From Bdellovibrionales bacterium (lineage in GTDB: Bacteria; Bdellovibrionota; Bdellovibrionia; Bdellovibrionales; UBA1609), in NCBI GenBank assembly GCA_965219095.1, contig CBDCMT010000001.1, forward strand, positions 1,504,001 through 1,568,000: a stretch of 64,000 nt of DNA, given 5' to 3'. This document shows positions 54,315 to 64,000 of the stretch, piece after piece (the first letter of the stretch is position 1; each line of letters starts with the position of its first letter). Below the pieces are notes generated by a model. It saw only the letters and a program-made list of their open reading frames with translations. It did no database searches and had not been told where the DNA came from. A program made the position numbers and the translations under genes.

Positions 54315-54483
54315 CATATGGATGACCAGACAGTCAAGCAAGAAAAGTAAGTCATTGACAAAAAAGTTTTTCAAAAATGAGTCTTCTGTACTATCAACCT
54401 CATATCCGCATGCTGGTTAACGCATTAAGATGACACGAAAGAGCTTTGCCCCTTAGTCTTTTTTCAATGACTTTGCTATGTTA
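54315..54483 (-). mobile_element. probable IS1111-group (IS110 family) right non-coding end
   Basis: Minus strand ends ..GCGGATATGAGG..CTTGACTGTCTGGTCATCCATATG, resembling IS1111 right ends; internal inverted repeat at 54349-54358 / 54464-54473. Confidence 0.45.
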
Positions 54484-54485
54484 TA

Positions 54486-55140
54486 TAGTGCTTCCGCTTA
54501 GGTTTTCAGTTTTTTTTGAGTTGAGGTCTAGTTTTTATTCTAAGGCCTTGATAAAAAGTCATTTATTTTAAAAAATAGTTTCATATGTCAGGGTTTCTAT
54601 CAAAAAAAGAGCGAAAAGATTTACTCTATGAACTATCTCTAGAGAAAAATCTTAAATACGTAAAAAGGATTATGACAATTCTCCATTTAGATAAAGGTGA
54701 GTTGTGTAAAGATATTTCCCGTTTTCTTTTCATTGATGAGGGCACGATAAGAGCCTGTAGAAATCGTTATAACAAAGGTGGGATAGAGTGCTTAATCAAC
54801 GACAATTACAACCCTAAAAGGTCCTTTTTAACTAAGAAAGAGGAGAAAATGCTTTTAAAGGAATTAGAGAAAAGAATTTTTCCATCATCACAGTCTGTCA
54901 TCCAATTCATTGAGGAGAATTTTAGTGTTACGTACTCAACAAGTGGTGTGATTGATCTTCTCCATCGCCTTGGTTTTTCTTATAAAAAAGCCACAGCGAT
55001 ACCGGGTAAGGCAAAGAAAGAAGAGCAGGAAAAGTTTGTGCGTAAATACAAGAGAATTAAGAAGAAAGACGGTCCTGTTTACTTTGCTGATTCCACACAT
55101 CCTGAGTGGGGCCCTACGATTTCATATGGTTGGATAAGAG
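54486..55140 (+). mobile_element. IS630-family type 2, 3'-truncated (ORF from 54585)
   Basis: LHRLGFSYKK..PGK, YFADSTHP..YGWI; cut by an IS66-like end GTAACTGTTCAC at 55141. Confidence 0.85.
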
Positions 55141-55164
55141 GTAACTGTTCACTTAAATTCTAGT

Positions 55165-55557
55165 CCCGACTTCAGCGTTTTCCACTACTAAAACTTCATA
55201 AAAGTGTGCGAGCTATGTTTAGAACAGAGTTGGGGGGTATTTTTCCAGACAGTGCATTTGTAGTGTCAGAAATCTTTTTTTGAGGTCTTTTCAAGGCTGG
55301 AAATTTCTTTTAACATTTAAATATGTTTGTAAAAAAGATTCCAAGAAAGAATAGTTCTATTTCAGTTCAGATTGTAGAGAACAAGAGAGTGCAGAATAAA
55401 GTCATCCAAAAAACCATTCAACATTTGGGGCAATATACAGTTTTAACCCCTAAAATCATATAAAAATCTATAAGGCACCGTTTAAAATGTAGTGATCACG
55501 GTTTTGCGTAACTACTTGAAATCATTAGATTCTTGAAAAGAAAACGCTGAAGTCGGG
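55165..55557 (+). mobile_element. 393-bp miniature IS1634-family derivative
   Basis: TIR CCCGACTTCAGCGTTTTC; N-terminal remnant MFVKKIPRKNSSISVQIVENKRVQNKVIQKTIQHLG from 55323. Confidence 0.85.
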
Positions 55558-55606
55558 ATAAAGATAAACATCTTTTTAAAGATGTATTCTCTTCCAAGAA
55601 CTTAGG

Positions 55607-56067
55607 TGTAATAGTCGCAACTTAATCTGACACGTCTCGAAATGTCAAAGAGATGAAAAGAGGTTACCCTTTTAAATAAACAATACCACCCCAAAGGGTG
55701 GAGAAAGGATAACAAAAATGACATATCAAGAAAGAATTATAAAATCAAAAGTAGGTCTTTTGCAATTAGCAGAAGAGTTAGGCAATGTATCTCAAGCTTG
55801 TAAGGTGATGGGCTTTTCAAGAGATACATTTTATCGTTACAAGACACTCAAAGAGGAAGGAGGTTTAGAATCATTAAGAGAGCAAAGTCGTAGAAAGCCT
55901 AATTTAAAAAACAGAGTTGATCAAACGACAGAAGAGGCTTGTTTAAGGATCGCTATAGAACTTCCTGCCTATGGACAGTTGAGAGCGTCCAATGAGTTAA
56001 GGAAAAAAGGAATTTTTATTTCTCCTGCAGGAGTTAGAGGGGTCTGGCTGAGAAATAATTTAGAGAC
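55607..56067 (+). mobile_element. IS481-family 5' fragment (ORF from 55718)
   Basis: TGT end; LLQLAEELGNVSQACKVMGFSRDTFYRY; cut by IS3. Confidence 0.88.
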
Positions 56068-57339
56068 TGAACTTCCCCTGTTTCTGCGGACAGTCAATTT
56101 TCTCTTAAAGTCTCCATAAAATGGAGGTAAAAGAAAGAATGGAAAAAGTAAAACAGTACTCGGAAGAGTTTAAAAAGCAAGCCATTGAATTGGCAGAGGA
56201 AATAGGTGCAAAGGAAGCCTCAGAGAAGCTAGGACTGAGAAATTTCCAAGTGATAAGCTCTTGGAAGCGTTTTCTAAAGCCTGAAGTAGAAAGACAAGCT
56301 TCCCATGACTTGGCTTCGGCATTGGAGGAAATAAAGAGGTTAAAAAAGGAGCTGGTCTATGAGAGGCGGAGTGTAGGTATATTGAAAGAGGCAGCGGCTT
56401 TTTTTTCAAAGGAAATCCTGAAATGAGATTTAAGGCTATGTTTTATGTAAAAGAGAAAGGGCATCCAGTGCTTCGCATTTGCGAATTATTAAGAGGATCT
56501 CGTTCTGGTTTTTATAGTTTTTTAAAAACCAGGGGAAAGCTTGAAAAGGATAAAAATCTGGAGAAAAACATAGAATCTATTTTTAAAAAAAATAAAGGCT
56601 GTTATGGTTCCCCCAGGGTGTATAGGGAATTAAAGCGTTGCGGAGTGAGTGCTGGAGAAAACAAAGTAGCTCGAATTATGAAACTAAAGAATCTCAGTGC
56701 CCGTCAGAAAAAACCCTATGTTCCTAGAACAACAAAGAATAACCCTCTCATGATAAAGAATAACCCTCTCATGATTAAGTCTCCTCGGTTGTTTAAGACA
56801 GGACAGAGCCAAGCAGGAAAAGAAAACCAGGTATGGTGTTCGGATTTAACCTATATTCCTTTTAGAGATAAATTTCTGTATTTGGTTGTATTTTTAGATG
56901 TCTATAATCGAGAGATTAAGTCTTGGAAGCTCTGTGAGAGCTTGGACGGGGTTCATTCAAAACAGGCTCTGAGAGCCGCAGTCCAATCTGTTTCTGGGAA
57001 CTTAGAGGGCTTGATAATCCACTCGGATCAAGGGGTTCAATATTGTTGTGAAGGGTTTAGAAAAGAATTGAAATTCTTTGGCCTCAAGCAATCTATGTCT
57101 AGGAAAGGAAATTGTTATGATAATGCGTTTGTGGAGAGCTTTTTCCATACGTTGAAAGATGAACTGGAATACAAAGACTGTACAACGAAAGAAGAGTTGG
57201 AGAAAAAAATTGCAATTTACATGGATTGGTATAACAAGGTAAGAATGCATTCTTCCTTGAAATACATGAGCCCAAAAGAATTTAAACAAAGGAGGGCTTT
57301 AAGAACATAAAAACTGTCCACTTTTTTGGGGGAAGATCA
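56068..57339 (+). mobile_element. IS3 copy 2 (orfA 56121-56426, orfB 56423-57310) with an in-frame 21-bp duplication
   Basis: Same as copy 1 except KNNPLMI is duplicated; no target duplication. Confidence 0.95.
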
Positions 57340-58173
57340 GTTCTGTCCAAAAACATCATTGATGGATTTGCGAAGAGCTTTGCTTCCGTCAGTCACAAAC
57401 AGTTTTTTGCTATCTTGTGGAAGACCACGTTCTATAAGATTTTGCAAGAGGTCTGTCACGATGACAGCGTTCTCTGTAGAGCCTTCTCTGAGACCTAAAA
57501 TCATCTTTTTTCCTTCACTTGTAATTCCAAGAACGCAAATCACTGTTCTTTTTGAAAATTCAATGCCGTCAATCATTAAAGCCACGAAACTTTCTTGTGA
57601 AAGATTCCGAGACTGAATGGCTTCCAAAGACTTTTGACAACTCATCTTGAAAGCTTTACTGACAGAGGATTTTTTTAAACCTAAGCCGTCTTCCAACTTC
57701 CTTTGTAAAGGCTCATAGTTTCTGGTGCTGACTCCTAAAAGCATAGCCCTCATTACATCTTCACAGAGAAGATCAAAGCTCTGGAGAGCTGTATAACTCT
57801 CCAGAGGAACTTCCTCTTTGTTTTTTCTAAGACGAGGACGTTGAACTCTTATCCTCTGTCCTTGAAGAATAACAGATCCTTTTCCACTTCCTCCTCTGTG
57901 ACAGAGACCCTCTGACTTTTTGTGGGAAAAGGGCTTTCCGCAGAGTCTTTTTACTTCCTCTTGGAAAAGATCATGGACTAATTTCAGCGTTGCTCCTTCA
58001 AGCTGCATAGCAATAAGCTGGCGAATCTTCTCATGTTTATTTTTTACCATTTGTAACTGGGATTGATATTGTGTATCTTTCATTTGGGGCTCCTTTTTGG
58101 TTTGTTTATAATACCCTGAGTTTAGCTCAGGGGAGCCCCTTCTTCAAACCCTAACGACTTTACGGACAATCTC
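57340..58173 (-). mobile_element. IS256-family type 2, 3'-truncated (ORF from 58083)
   Basis: GVSTRNY, MIDGIEF, VTDGSKAL; end GAGATTGTCCGTAAAGTCG. Confidence 0.88.
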
Positions 58174-58179
58174 TTCGAC

Positions 58180-58746
58180 TACCTAAAAGATTGATGACAA
58201 AGTTTTGTGGGCTACGATGGCGAGAATGCTCAAGATGAAACTCTCCTTTTAACACTCCAATCACTGATCTCACAACAGAACGTTTTTTCAACATCAACTT
58301 GTCAAATAAAAAACATACAGGGAATCAATTTATTCTCCATATTTAATTTGACGTTTGTAATAAGCTTAACTCCCTTCTTTAAAAGCTTTTTGAAAAGGTC
58401 TTATGAAATATAACCTCTGTCCCTAAAGAGTTTCCCCATCAGCCCTTTACTATAAATCCATAACTTATTCGATCATCCATATTTCCCGGAGTTAAGGTAA
58501 AACTTAAAAGTTCTCCTAGGTGATTGATAACAATATGGAGTTTAAATCCGAAGAACCAGCCCATACTACTTTTGCCTCTTTTTAGCTAACTTTTAGAACA
58601 CCTTATTTCGTCCTATTCTTTTATTTTTGAAGAAAAATCGATGTGGAATCAATAAATGATATGCCGGTGGTTTTACTCATAAGGCTTGTCGAGAAAAGAA
58701 ACATCAAAAAAGCCATGTCTTTTTTTATGTTCACAAATCGGGAGTA
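58180..58746 (-). pseudogene. IS982-family transposase pseudogene
   Basis: Minus strand RGKSSMGWFFGFKLHIVINHLGELLSFTLTPGNMDDR, GKLFRDRGYIS, LEHSRHRS, with stops and frameshifts. Confidence 0.88.
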
Positions 58747-58772
58747 ATACCAATTACAGAAATTAATTCGAC

Positions 58773-59120
58773 GGTAAATCAAAAAGACAGGTCACTGGTT
58801 TAAGCCATGATAGTGACTCTAAAGTACTTGCAGAAGGAGGTGAGCTTTTCGAGACAAATTCTAAACCCTTTAGCTGGCCTGGTTTTTAAGGCCTCAAAGG
58901 GAAAAGCAAAAAAAAGATGTAAAATAGGATTTCAAGACTTTATTTATAAATAAACCAACAAAGGAGGAAAATAAATATATGATCACTATATAGCCGTAGA
59001 TTGGGCACAAAGTAACATGGCCATTGCAAGGATGACAGGCAAATCAAAAGATATTAAGACTATGGACACGATTTCAGATCTTGGGAATCTTCGTGCCTAT
59101 TTAAAAACTCTGAAAGGTAA
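58773..59120 (+). mobile_element. IS110-family left non-coding end plus recombinase N-terminal fragment
   Basis: SD AAGGAGG, then YDHYIAVDWAQSNMAIARM (DEDD first-Asp motif); start codon damaged; cut by ISAzo13; preceded by a 25-bp IS630 end (58748-58772). Confidence 0.7.
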
Positions 59121-60405
59121 GGAACTGTTAAAAAATAACTTAGACATTTTAGTGTGGTAGTATTTTATAATTCCACTCGCCATGAAATACTTCTTTCTTA
59201 ATTTTTATAGATTCCATCTCTTTTTTAGACACTGTTTTTCCTTTCTTGTATTTCCTTCTATCTAAACAAGCTTTGACTTTTAGGCCTAATTTTGTTTTCG
59301 TCTTAGATATTAAATTGACTACAGTCATATAATTAATCAAAGGACGTCCTCTCCAATTTTTTGAAATATACGAAAAAAGACGATGTTCAATTTTATTCCA
59401 TTTGCTTGTTCCAGGAGGAAAGTGACAAACATGAACTTTTAATCCTACTACATCACACCATTTCTGTAACTCATACTTCCATAGATGAAGACGATATCCA
59501 TTACTTCCCTCACTGTCTGCACAAATTAAAATTTGTGCAGCATTAGGATAAGATTTTTTTCCCATATACCTCCACCACTTTTTAATGCTTGAAACAGCAA
59601 ATTCTGCTATATCAGCACTTACCCCTACATTGACCCATCCTGCATTTAAAGACAAATCATAAACACCGTAAGGTATCACTCTTGGAACTTCTGGATCTGG
59701 GAAATCATGGCTTAAAACTTCTATGGGATTTTTCTTTTTTGACCATTCCTTCCCCTTACTAACATAATTTCCAAGAATCTCCTTCTTCTTTGTATCTACA
59801 GAAATAACAGGTAGCCCTCTTCTTAAAAAACTCTTTACCTTGTTATTAATGAACTCAAATTGTTCATTTCTATCTGCATGAGCTTTTTTTCCTTCCAAAA
59901 CCTTTCTATTGGCCTGCAAGCTGTAATCCAGTTCGTGTAAAATGCTTGCAACAGTGGGAGGGCTTATATTATAACCTTGTGAATTTAAGGCCTCACTAAG
60001 ATTTCTTACACTTTTACTGCTCCACTTTAGCGGACTCTCAGGATCCCCTCTTGTGCTAGACTCCATTAAACTTTCAAGAACGGAAACTAACTCTGGATAC
60101 TCTGCAGTCTTCTTCTTCCTTCCCCCTCCTTTTGAACGAATCTTTGAATCTTTAACTCCTTTAGAAAGCTCTTCTAATCCTCTGTAAATAGTCTGACGAC
60201 ATAAACCTGTAAACTTTGATACCTTGCTTATGCCATCACGACCATAGGCTTTCGATTCTGCCGCAGCTAAAATCCTCCTTGCTTTTCGTTTAATAAATGA
60301 AAAGTCGTTGTGAGCTTTAATCTTAATTGACGATCTTTCTCTGATAGCACATGTAAACCTTATGATATAAAATCTGAAATGTCTAAGTTATTTTTTAACA
60401 ATGTC
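59121..60405 (-). mobile_element. ISAzo13-family element, transposase frameshifted near its 5' end
   Basis: TIR core TGTTAAAAAATAACTTAGACATTT; GDPESPLKWSSKS, ISVDTKKKE, HFPPGTSKWNKIEHRLFS, FHGEWNY. Confidence 0.93.
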
Positions 60406-60409
60406 TTAA

Positions 60410-60743
60410 CGAGTTCTTTATTACAACATGGAAACATGGAAACATGGAAATAACAAATCTCCATCAAAACAAAGAGATGAAGCGATCCGAGCCATACGTA
60501 AAAAAGAAAATAATTACGCCTCGTCGTTCTATTGCTGAAACGACTATGTATCGATTCAAACAACTTCTTAGGATCAAAACTTAATTCAAGAAATTTTATG
60601 AATCAATCTAATGAAGCCTTCATAAAATGCAAGATTCTCAATCAAATGAAAACTCCTTCAGCTATCAGACTCCAAACTCAATAGGAATGATGTCACCTCA
60701 AGTAGAAACAACTTGATCTAAAACGCTTATGTACAACAAAGCC
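60410..60743 (+). pseudogene. IS5-family (IS903 group) 3' remnant
   Basis: RRSIAETTMYRFKQLL..NQSNEAFIKCKILNQM; end CAACAAAGCC. Confidence 0.8.
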
Positions 60744-60753
60744 ATAAAAAAGT

Positions 60754-60801
60754 GCCTCCTCAAAAAAATCTGTTGGTTCCAAGAGATTTTTTTGAAGAGG
60801 C
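60754..60801. mobile_element. 48-bp inverted ISL3 end scar
   Basis: GCCTCCTCAAAAAAATCT...AGATTTTTTTGAAGAGGC. Confidence 0.6.
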
Positions 60802-60865
60802 AACAAAAAAGAAAATTCTTTTTATTGATTATGATGTGAGACGTAAAATAAGAGCCTGTAAATTA

Positions 60866-60892
60866 AAAGAGCTTTTCATTGAAAAGCTCTTT
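60866..60892. terminator. intrinsic terminator
   Basis: AAAGAGCTTTTC-att-GAAAAGCTCTTT, downstream of the 60939 stop. Confidence 0.75.
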
Positions 60893-60938
60893 CTTACTTA
60901 CATGATCCCCTCAAAAATAGTCATTTATTTAAGTAAAT

Positions 60939-61766
60939 TTAATTACAAACTTGATCTATTTTTGTTTTTTTAATGGAAGTAATAAGTCGTCCAGGGTTCT
61001 TACTGTCATTCTCAGGAACATAATACTTACAGTAATAAGCTCTATGTCTTCTATTGAATTTATACTTTCCCGTAAGAAGAGTTACAAAAACACCGTTGTT
61101 CTTTTCAGAAGTCTCTCTTACAGGAATGATAGGACATTTTGTATCGACTTGGCGGTTCCAGAAACATTGGTTTACATCCAAACCAACATGATTGAAAAAA
61201 CGTCCTACAAGATTCGTTCCACTCTTATCTGACCAACGATAAACATACCTCCATTCAGGGTAAGAGCCATCTTTCCATTCAAACTCCTCCCAATTAGAAG
61301 TCACATAGTTAGCTAAAGAAAGGCTTGTCATGAATTGCCCTTGATTGTTTCTGAAAACAAGGTAGAGGGTTTCTCTTTCTCCGTCTCTTTTACTCCATTT
61401 CTCAATATAACCTTGTACTCCTGTAACAAATTGTCCTCCTACTTTTTTGCCTTCTAAATCCATTTGTTGATACGGAACTCTTTGTCCTTGTTGAGTAAAA
61501 TAGCTTTGGTTCTGTGATTGAGCATGATGATGGTAAGTGTACTCAATACTCCCTGCCTCCCATCTTACTGTGTAGTTAGATGCCTCTGCTGTGTTCCAAT
61601 TCCAACTTTCCGGCTTCACTTGAGCAACGCCTACTTCTTTGTCCTCTCCATCATAAACAACCATTTCAAGACCACTTTTTCCCATTTGTAGGTGCATCTT
61701 AGGTGATGCAAAAACAGCCACAGGCAAAAAGAAAATTGCCAAAAGAATGTTTTTTATAAGTTTCAT
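60939..61766 (-). CDS. secreted beta-rich, aromatic-rich hypothetical protein
   Basis: SD AAAGGAGG, signal ending ..VAVFA, many Trp/Tyr, 4 Cys. Confidence 0.75.
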   Translation of the reverse strand: MKLIKNILLAIFFLPVAVFASPKMHLQMGKSGLEMVVYDGEDKEVGVAQVKPESWNWNTAEASNYTVRWEAGSIEYTYHHHAQSQNQSYFTQQGQRVPYQQMDLEGKKVGGQFVTGVQGYIEKWSKRDGERETLYLVFRNNQGQFMTSLSLANYVTSNWEEFEWKDGSYPEWRYVYRWSDKSGTNLVGRFFNHVGLDVNQCFWNRQVDTKCPIIPVRETSEKNNGVFVTLLTGKYKFNRRHRAYYCKYYVPENDSKNPGRLITSIKKTKIDQVCN

Positions 61767-62245
61767 TGTGTCCTCCTTTATTTGTTTTTATTATTTTTTT
61801 ATTTATCTTATTATTTTCTCTACTGAATAAACTCTCTTCATTAAGAAGAAAGCTTAATCGGCTTCGGATTTTAAACATAACCTTCAAGACTATGCAAGAA
61901 AATCATGAAAAAAATACTAATGCTATGCAATATTTTTATGTAAATTCTAGAACAAATCTATAACTCAAAGCATAATGATCTTCTTTTTCAACCTTTCTCA
62001 TTTTTCCTTGTACTGGCCTTACATCTTTTACTTTCATGAAATGACTCCCACTAGCTTTTTTTAACATTCACACCAAAGTCTCTTTCTTTTTTGTAATTGT
62101 TGAAATAGTCATGATAACTTAAGTCAAAACCTTAAATCACAAAAAATCATAAGAATCTTTCTTCCAAAAACTTGATTTTAGCCTTGAAGAAAGACCACTT
62201 TTTCCAGAAAGAACCTAGCGAAACAAGAGAGATTTATGATATGAT

Positions 62246-63877
62246 ATGTCTATGGATTTTTTCTATAATTACATTTTTCTTAATATCATTCCCTTTAGTA
62301 TTTTAATCTGCCTTGTCACCTTTGTTCATGAATGGGGTCATTTTATTGTAGCTCGAAAATGCGGAGTAAAAGTGGAGGTGTTTAGTATCGGTTTTGGAAA
62401 AAAGCTATGGGTCTGGCGTTGGGGTGATACCCATTACTGCCTTTCTCTTTTGCCCTTAGGAGGCTATGTAAAGATGTTTGGAGTCCAGCCACAAGAAGAT
62501 GTGCCTGAAAATCAAAAAAAATATGCTTTTAAACACAAAACTGTCTTACAGCGTATGGCTATTATCTTAGCAGGCCCTCTTATTAATTTGATCTTCGCTG
62601 TTTTATTATTTGCTTTTATAGCTCTATGGGGAGAGCCTTATGCTCAACCTGTAGTAGGTGATGTAAAAGTCCATTCTCATCCTTACAAATTAGGATTCCG
62701 CTCAGGAGATGAAATCATATCTATTGATGGAAAGGCTATTTCTCATTGGGGAGAATTTGAATCCTCCCTAGAAGATAAAGCTCACAAAAAAATTATTATT
62801 GAAGTAAAAAGAAAAGAAAAGATTCTCAGTCTTTTCGTTCCTATTGACAGTAAGAAAGCTCATATCACAAGACCTGAAAAAGATATAGGATCTATTAAAG
62901 ATTTAAGTCCCTTCAGCTTAGATTCTGTGGTGGCTGTTAAAAATAAGCCTTTTGATAAAACAGGGTTTTTAAATTTTGATAAGATTTTGTCTATAAATGA
63001 AGTGAATGTCAAATATTTTAGAGAACTGAACTCTTTACTAAAAACTTTAAAACCTCCTCTAACTTTTAAAGTGAGAAACCAAGAAAAAAGCTCACAAGAA
63101 AGAACTGTTATAAGCCATAAGTCTCAAACACTTGAAAGTTTAGGTCTAGAATCAACGGAACTTTATATTTGGAATACAAAGGATAAAGCTCCTGCACAAA
63201 AAGCAGGCATTATAAAAGGGGATAGGCTAGTAAAAATAAACGGTAAAAGATTAAAGTCTTGGCAGCAAGTGTCTGAATTGATTTCAAACTATAAAAAAGA
63301 TGATTCTGCCTTACAAATAGAAATCTTAAGAAAAGGAGAGCATAAAACCCTTTCTATGAAACCGGAAATATTAGCCTATACAAATCAAAGAGGTGTGGAT
63401 ACTGAAAAACCTATGATAGGCATTGCCCCTGCTCTCTTCATGGCAGGACCTGGTTTGAAAACAATAGCTTCTAAAAACCTTTTCACAGCTTTAAAGAGAG
63501 GTGTTCTTAAGAGTTATAATTTTTCTGTTAGTTTTTTCATAGGTCTTTGGAGAATCATTGAAGCACAGATTTCTACAGATAAAATAGGTAGTGTTATAAC
63601 CATTGGAAAACTTGCTAAAGATCATTTTAAAATGGGATTCATCCATTTTATTAACATAACAGGTATTTTAAGTGTCTATCTTTTCATCATTAACCTTCTT
63701 CCTATACCGCTTTTAGATGGCGGACATTTTTTGTTTTGCTTTATAGAACTTATAAAAGGAAGTCCTCTCAATTATAAAAAGATCGAATGGGCTCACATTA
63801 CAGGGTTTGTTGTTTTAGTTAGCCTTATGCTCTTTGCTCTTTTCAATGACATTAGAAATTTTTTTACAGGATGGTAG
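62246..63877 (+). CDS. rseP: RIP metalloprotease RseP with PDZ domains
   Basis: HEWGH, FSIGFG, PLGGYVKM, AGP, NLLPIPLLDGGH. Start may be 62252. Confidence 0.95.
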   Translation: MSMDFFYNYIFLNIIPFSILICLVTFVHEWGHFIVARKCGVKVEVFSIGFGKKLWVWRWGDTHYCLSLLPLGGYVKMFGVQPQEDVPENQKKYAFKHKTVLQRMAIILAGPLINLIFAVLLFAFIALWGEPYAQPVVGDVKVHSHPYKLGFRSGDEIISIDGKAISHWGEFESSLEDKAHKKIIIEVKRKEKILSLFVPIDSKKAHITRPEKDIGSIKDLSPFSLDSVVAVKNKPFDKTGFLNFDKILSINEVNVKYFRELNSLLKTLKPPLTFKVRNQEKSSQERTVISHKSQTLESLGLESTELYIWNTKDKAPAQKAGIIKGDRLVKINGKRLKSWQQVSELISNYKKDDSALQIEILRKGEHKTLSMKPEILAYTNQRGVDTEKPMIGIAPALFMAGPGLKTIASKNLFTALKRGVLKSYNFSVSFFIGLWRIIEAQISTDKIGSVITIGKLAKDHFKMGFIHFINITGILSVYLFIINLLPIPLLDGGHFLFCFIELIKGSPLNYKKIEWAHITGFVVLVSLMLFALFNDIRNFFTGW

Positions 63878-64000
63878 AAAGGATTTTTGCTCTAGGAAAT
63901 TTAAAATGTAATGAAAAAATGATTTCAAATTGCTTATAAATTTGCTCACAAGGCTTTAAGATAAGGAAGATTTTAGTAAAAAATAATATGTTTTTTAAAC

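Noticed and set aside
58207..58413. 68-aa plus-strand ORF with a homolog at 4470-4630
   Set aside because: Antisense to the IS982 transposase pseudogene.
60426..60449. ACATGGAA x3 tandem repeat
   Set aside because: Short slippage repeat inside a dead IS903-like fragment; no sign of function.
1..64000. CRISPR array, rRNA, tRNA, retron or DGR
   Set aside because: No regularly spaced repeat-spacer array, no recognisable structural RNA gene and no reverse transcriptase; recurring short repeats are IS ends.

Overview
AT-rich bacterial chromosome segment, most likely Bdellovibrionota. This is inferred from a TIGR02147-type regulator, an FQNC lipoprotein signal and the general character of the housekeeping genes. 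Intact housekeeping genes (alaS 3' end, mutY, mraY-murD-ftsW-murG, ferredoxin, ccsA, sdhB/sdhA/sdhC, etfBA, three PPIase/SurA genes, PMM/PGM, rseP) and several orphan secreted proteins or lipoproteins sit among a very heavy load of nested, decaying insertion sequences. IS DNA makes up roughly 29-30 kb of the 64 kb (IS66, IS1634, IS630, ISL3, IS3, IS256, IS5, IS481, IS982, IS110, ISAzo13). Most notable: (1) IS1634-family elements flanked by 374-bp and 148-bp direct repeats, the first of which leaves sdhB intact; (2) identical +1 frameshifts shared by diverged IS66 and IS630 copies; (3) two IS110/IS1111 non-coding ends that could encode bridge-type RNAs; (4) a lipoprotein trio with an apparently gene-converted 4-Cys module inside a split sdh operon; (5) IS elements shrunk to 40-400 bp two-ended scars; (6) near-leaderless promoters on core genes. 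I found no CRISPR array, rRNA, tRNA or reverse transcriptase. All product calls come from motif recognition, not database searches.
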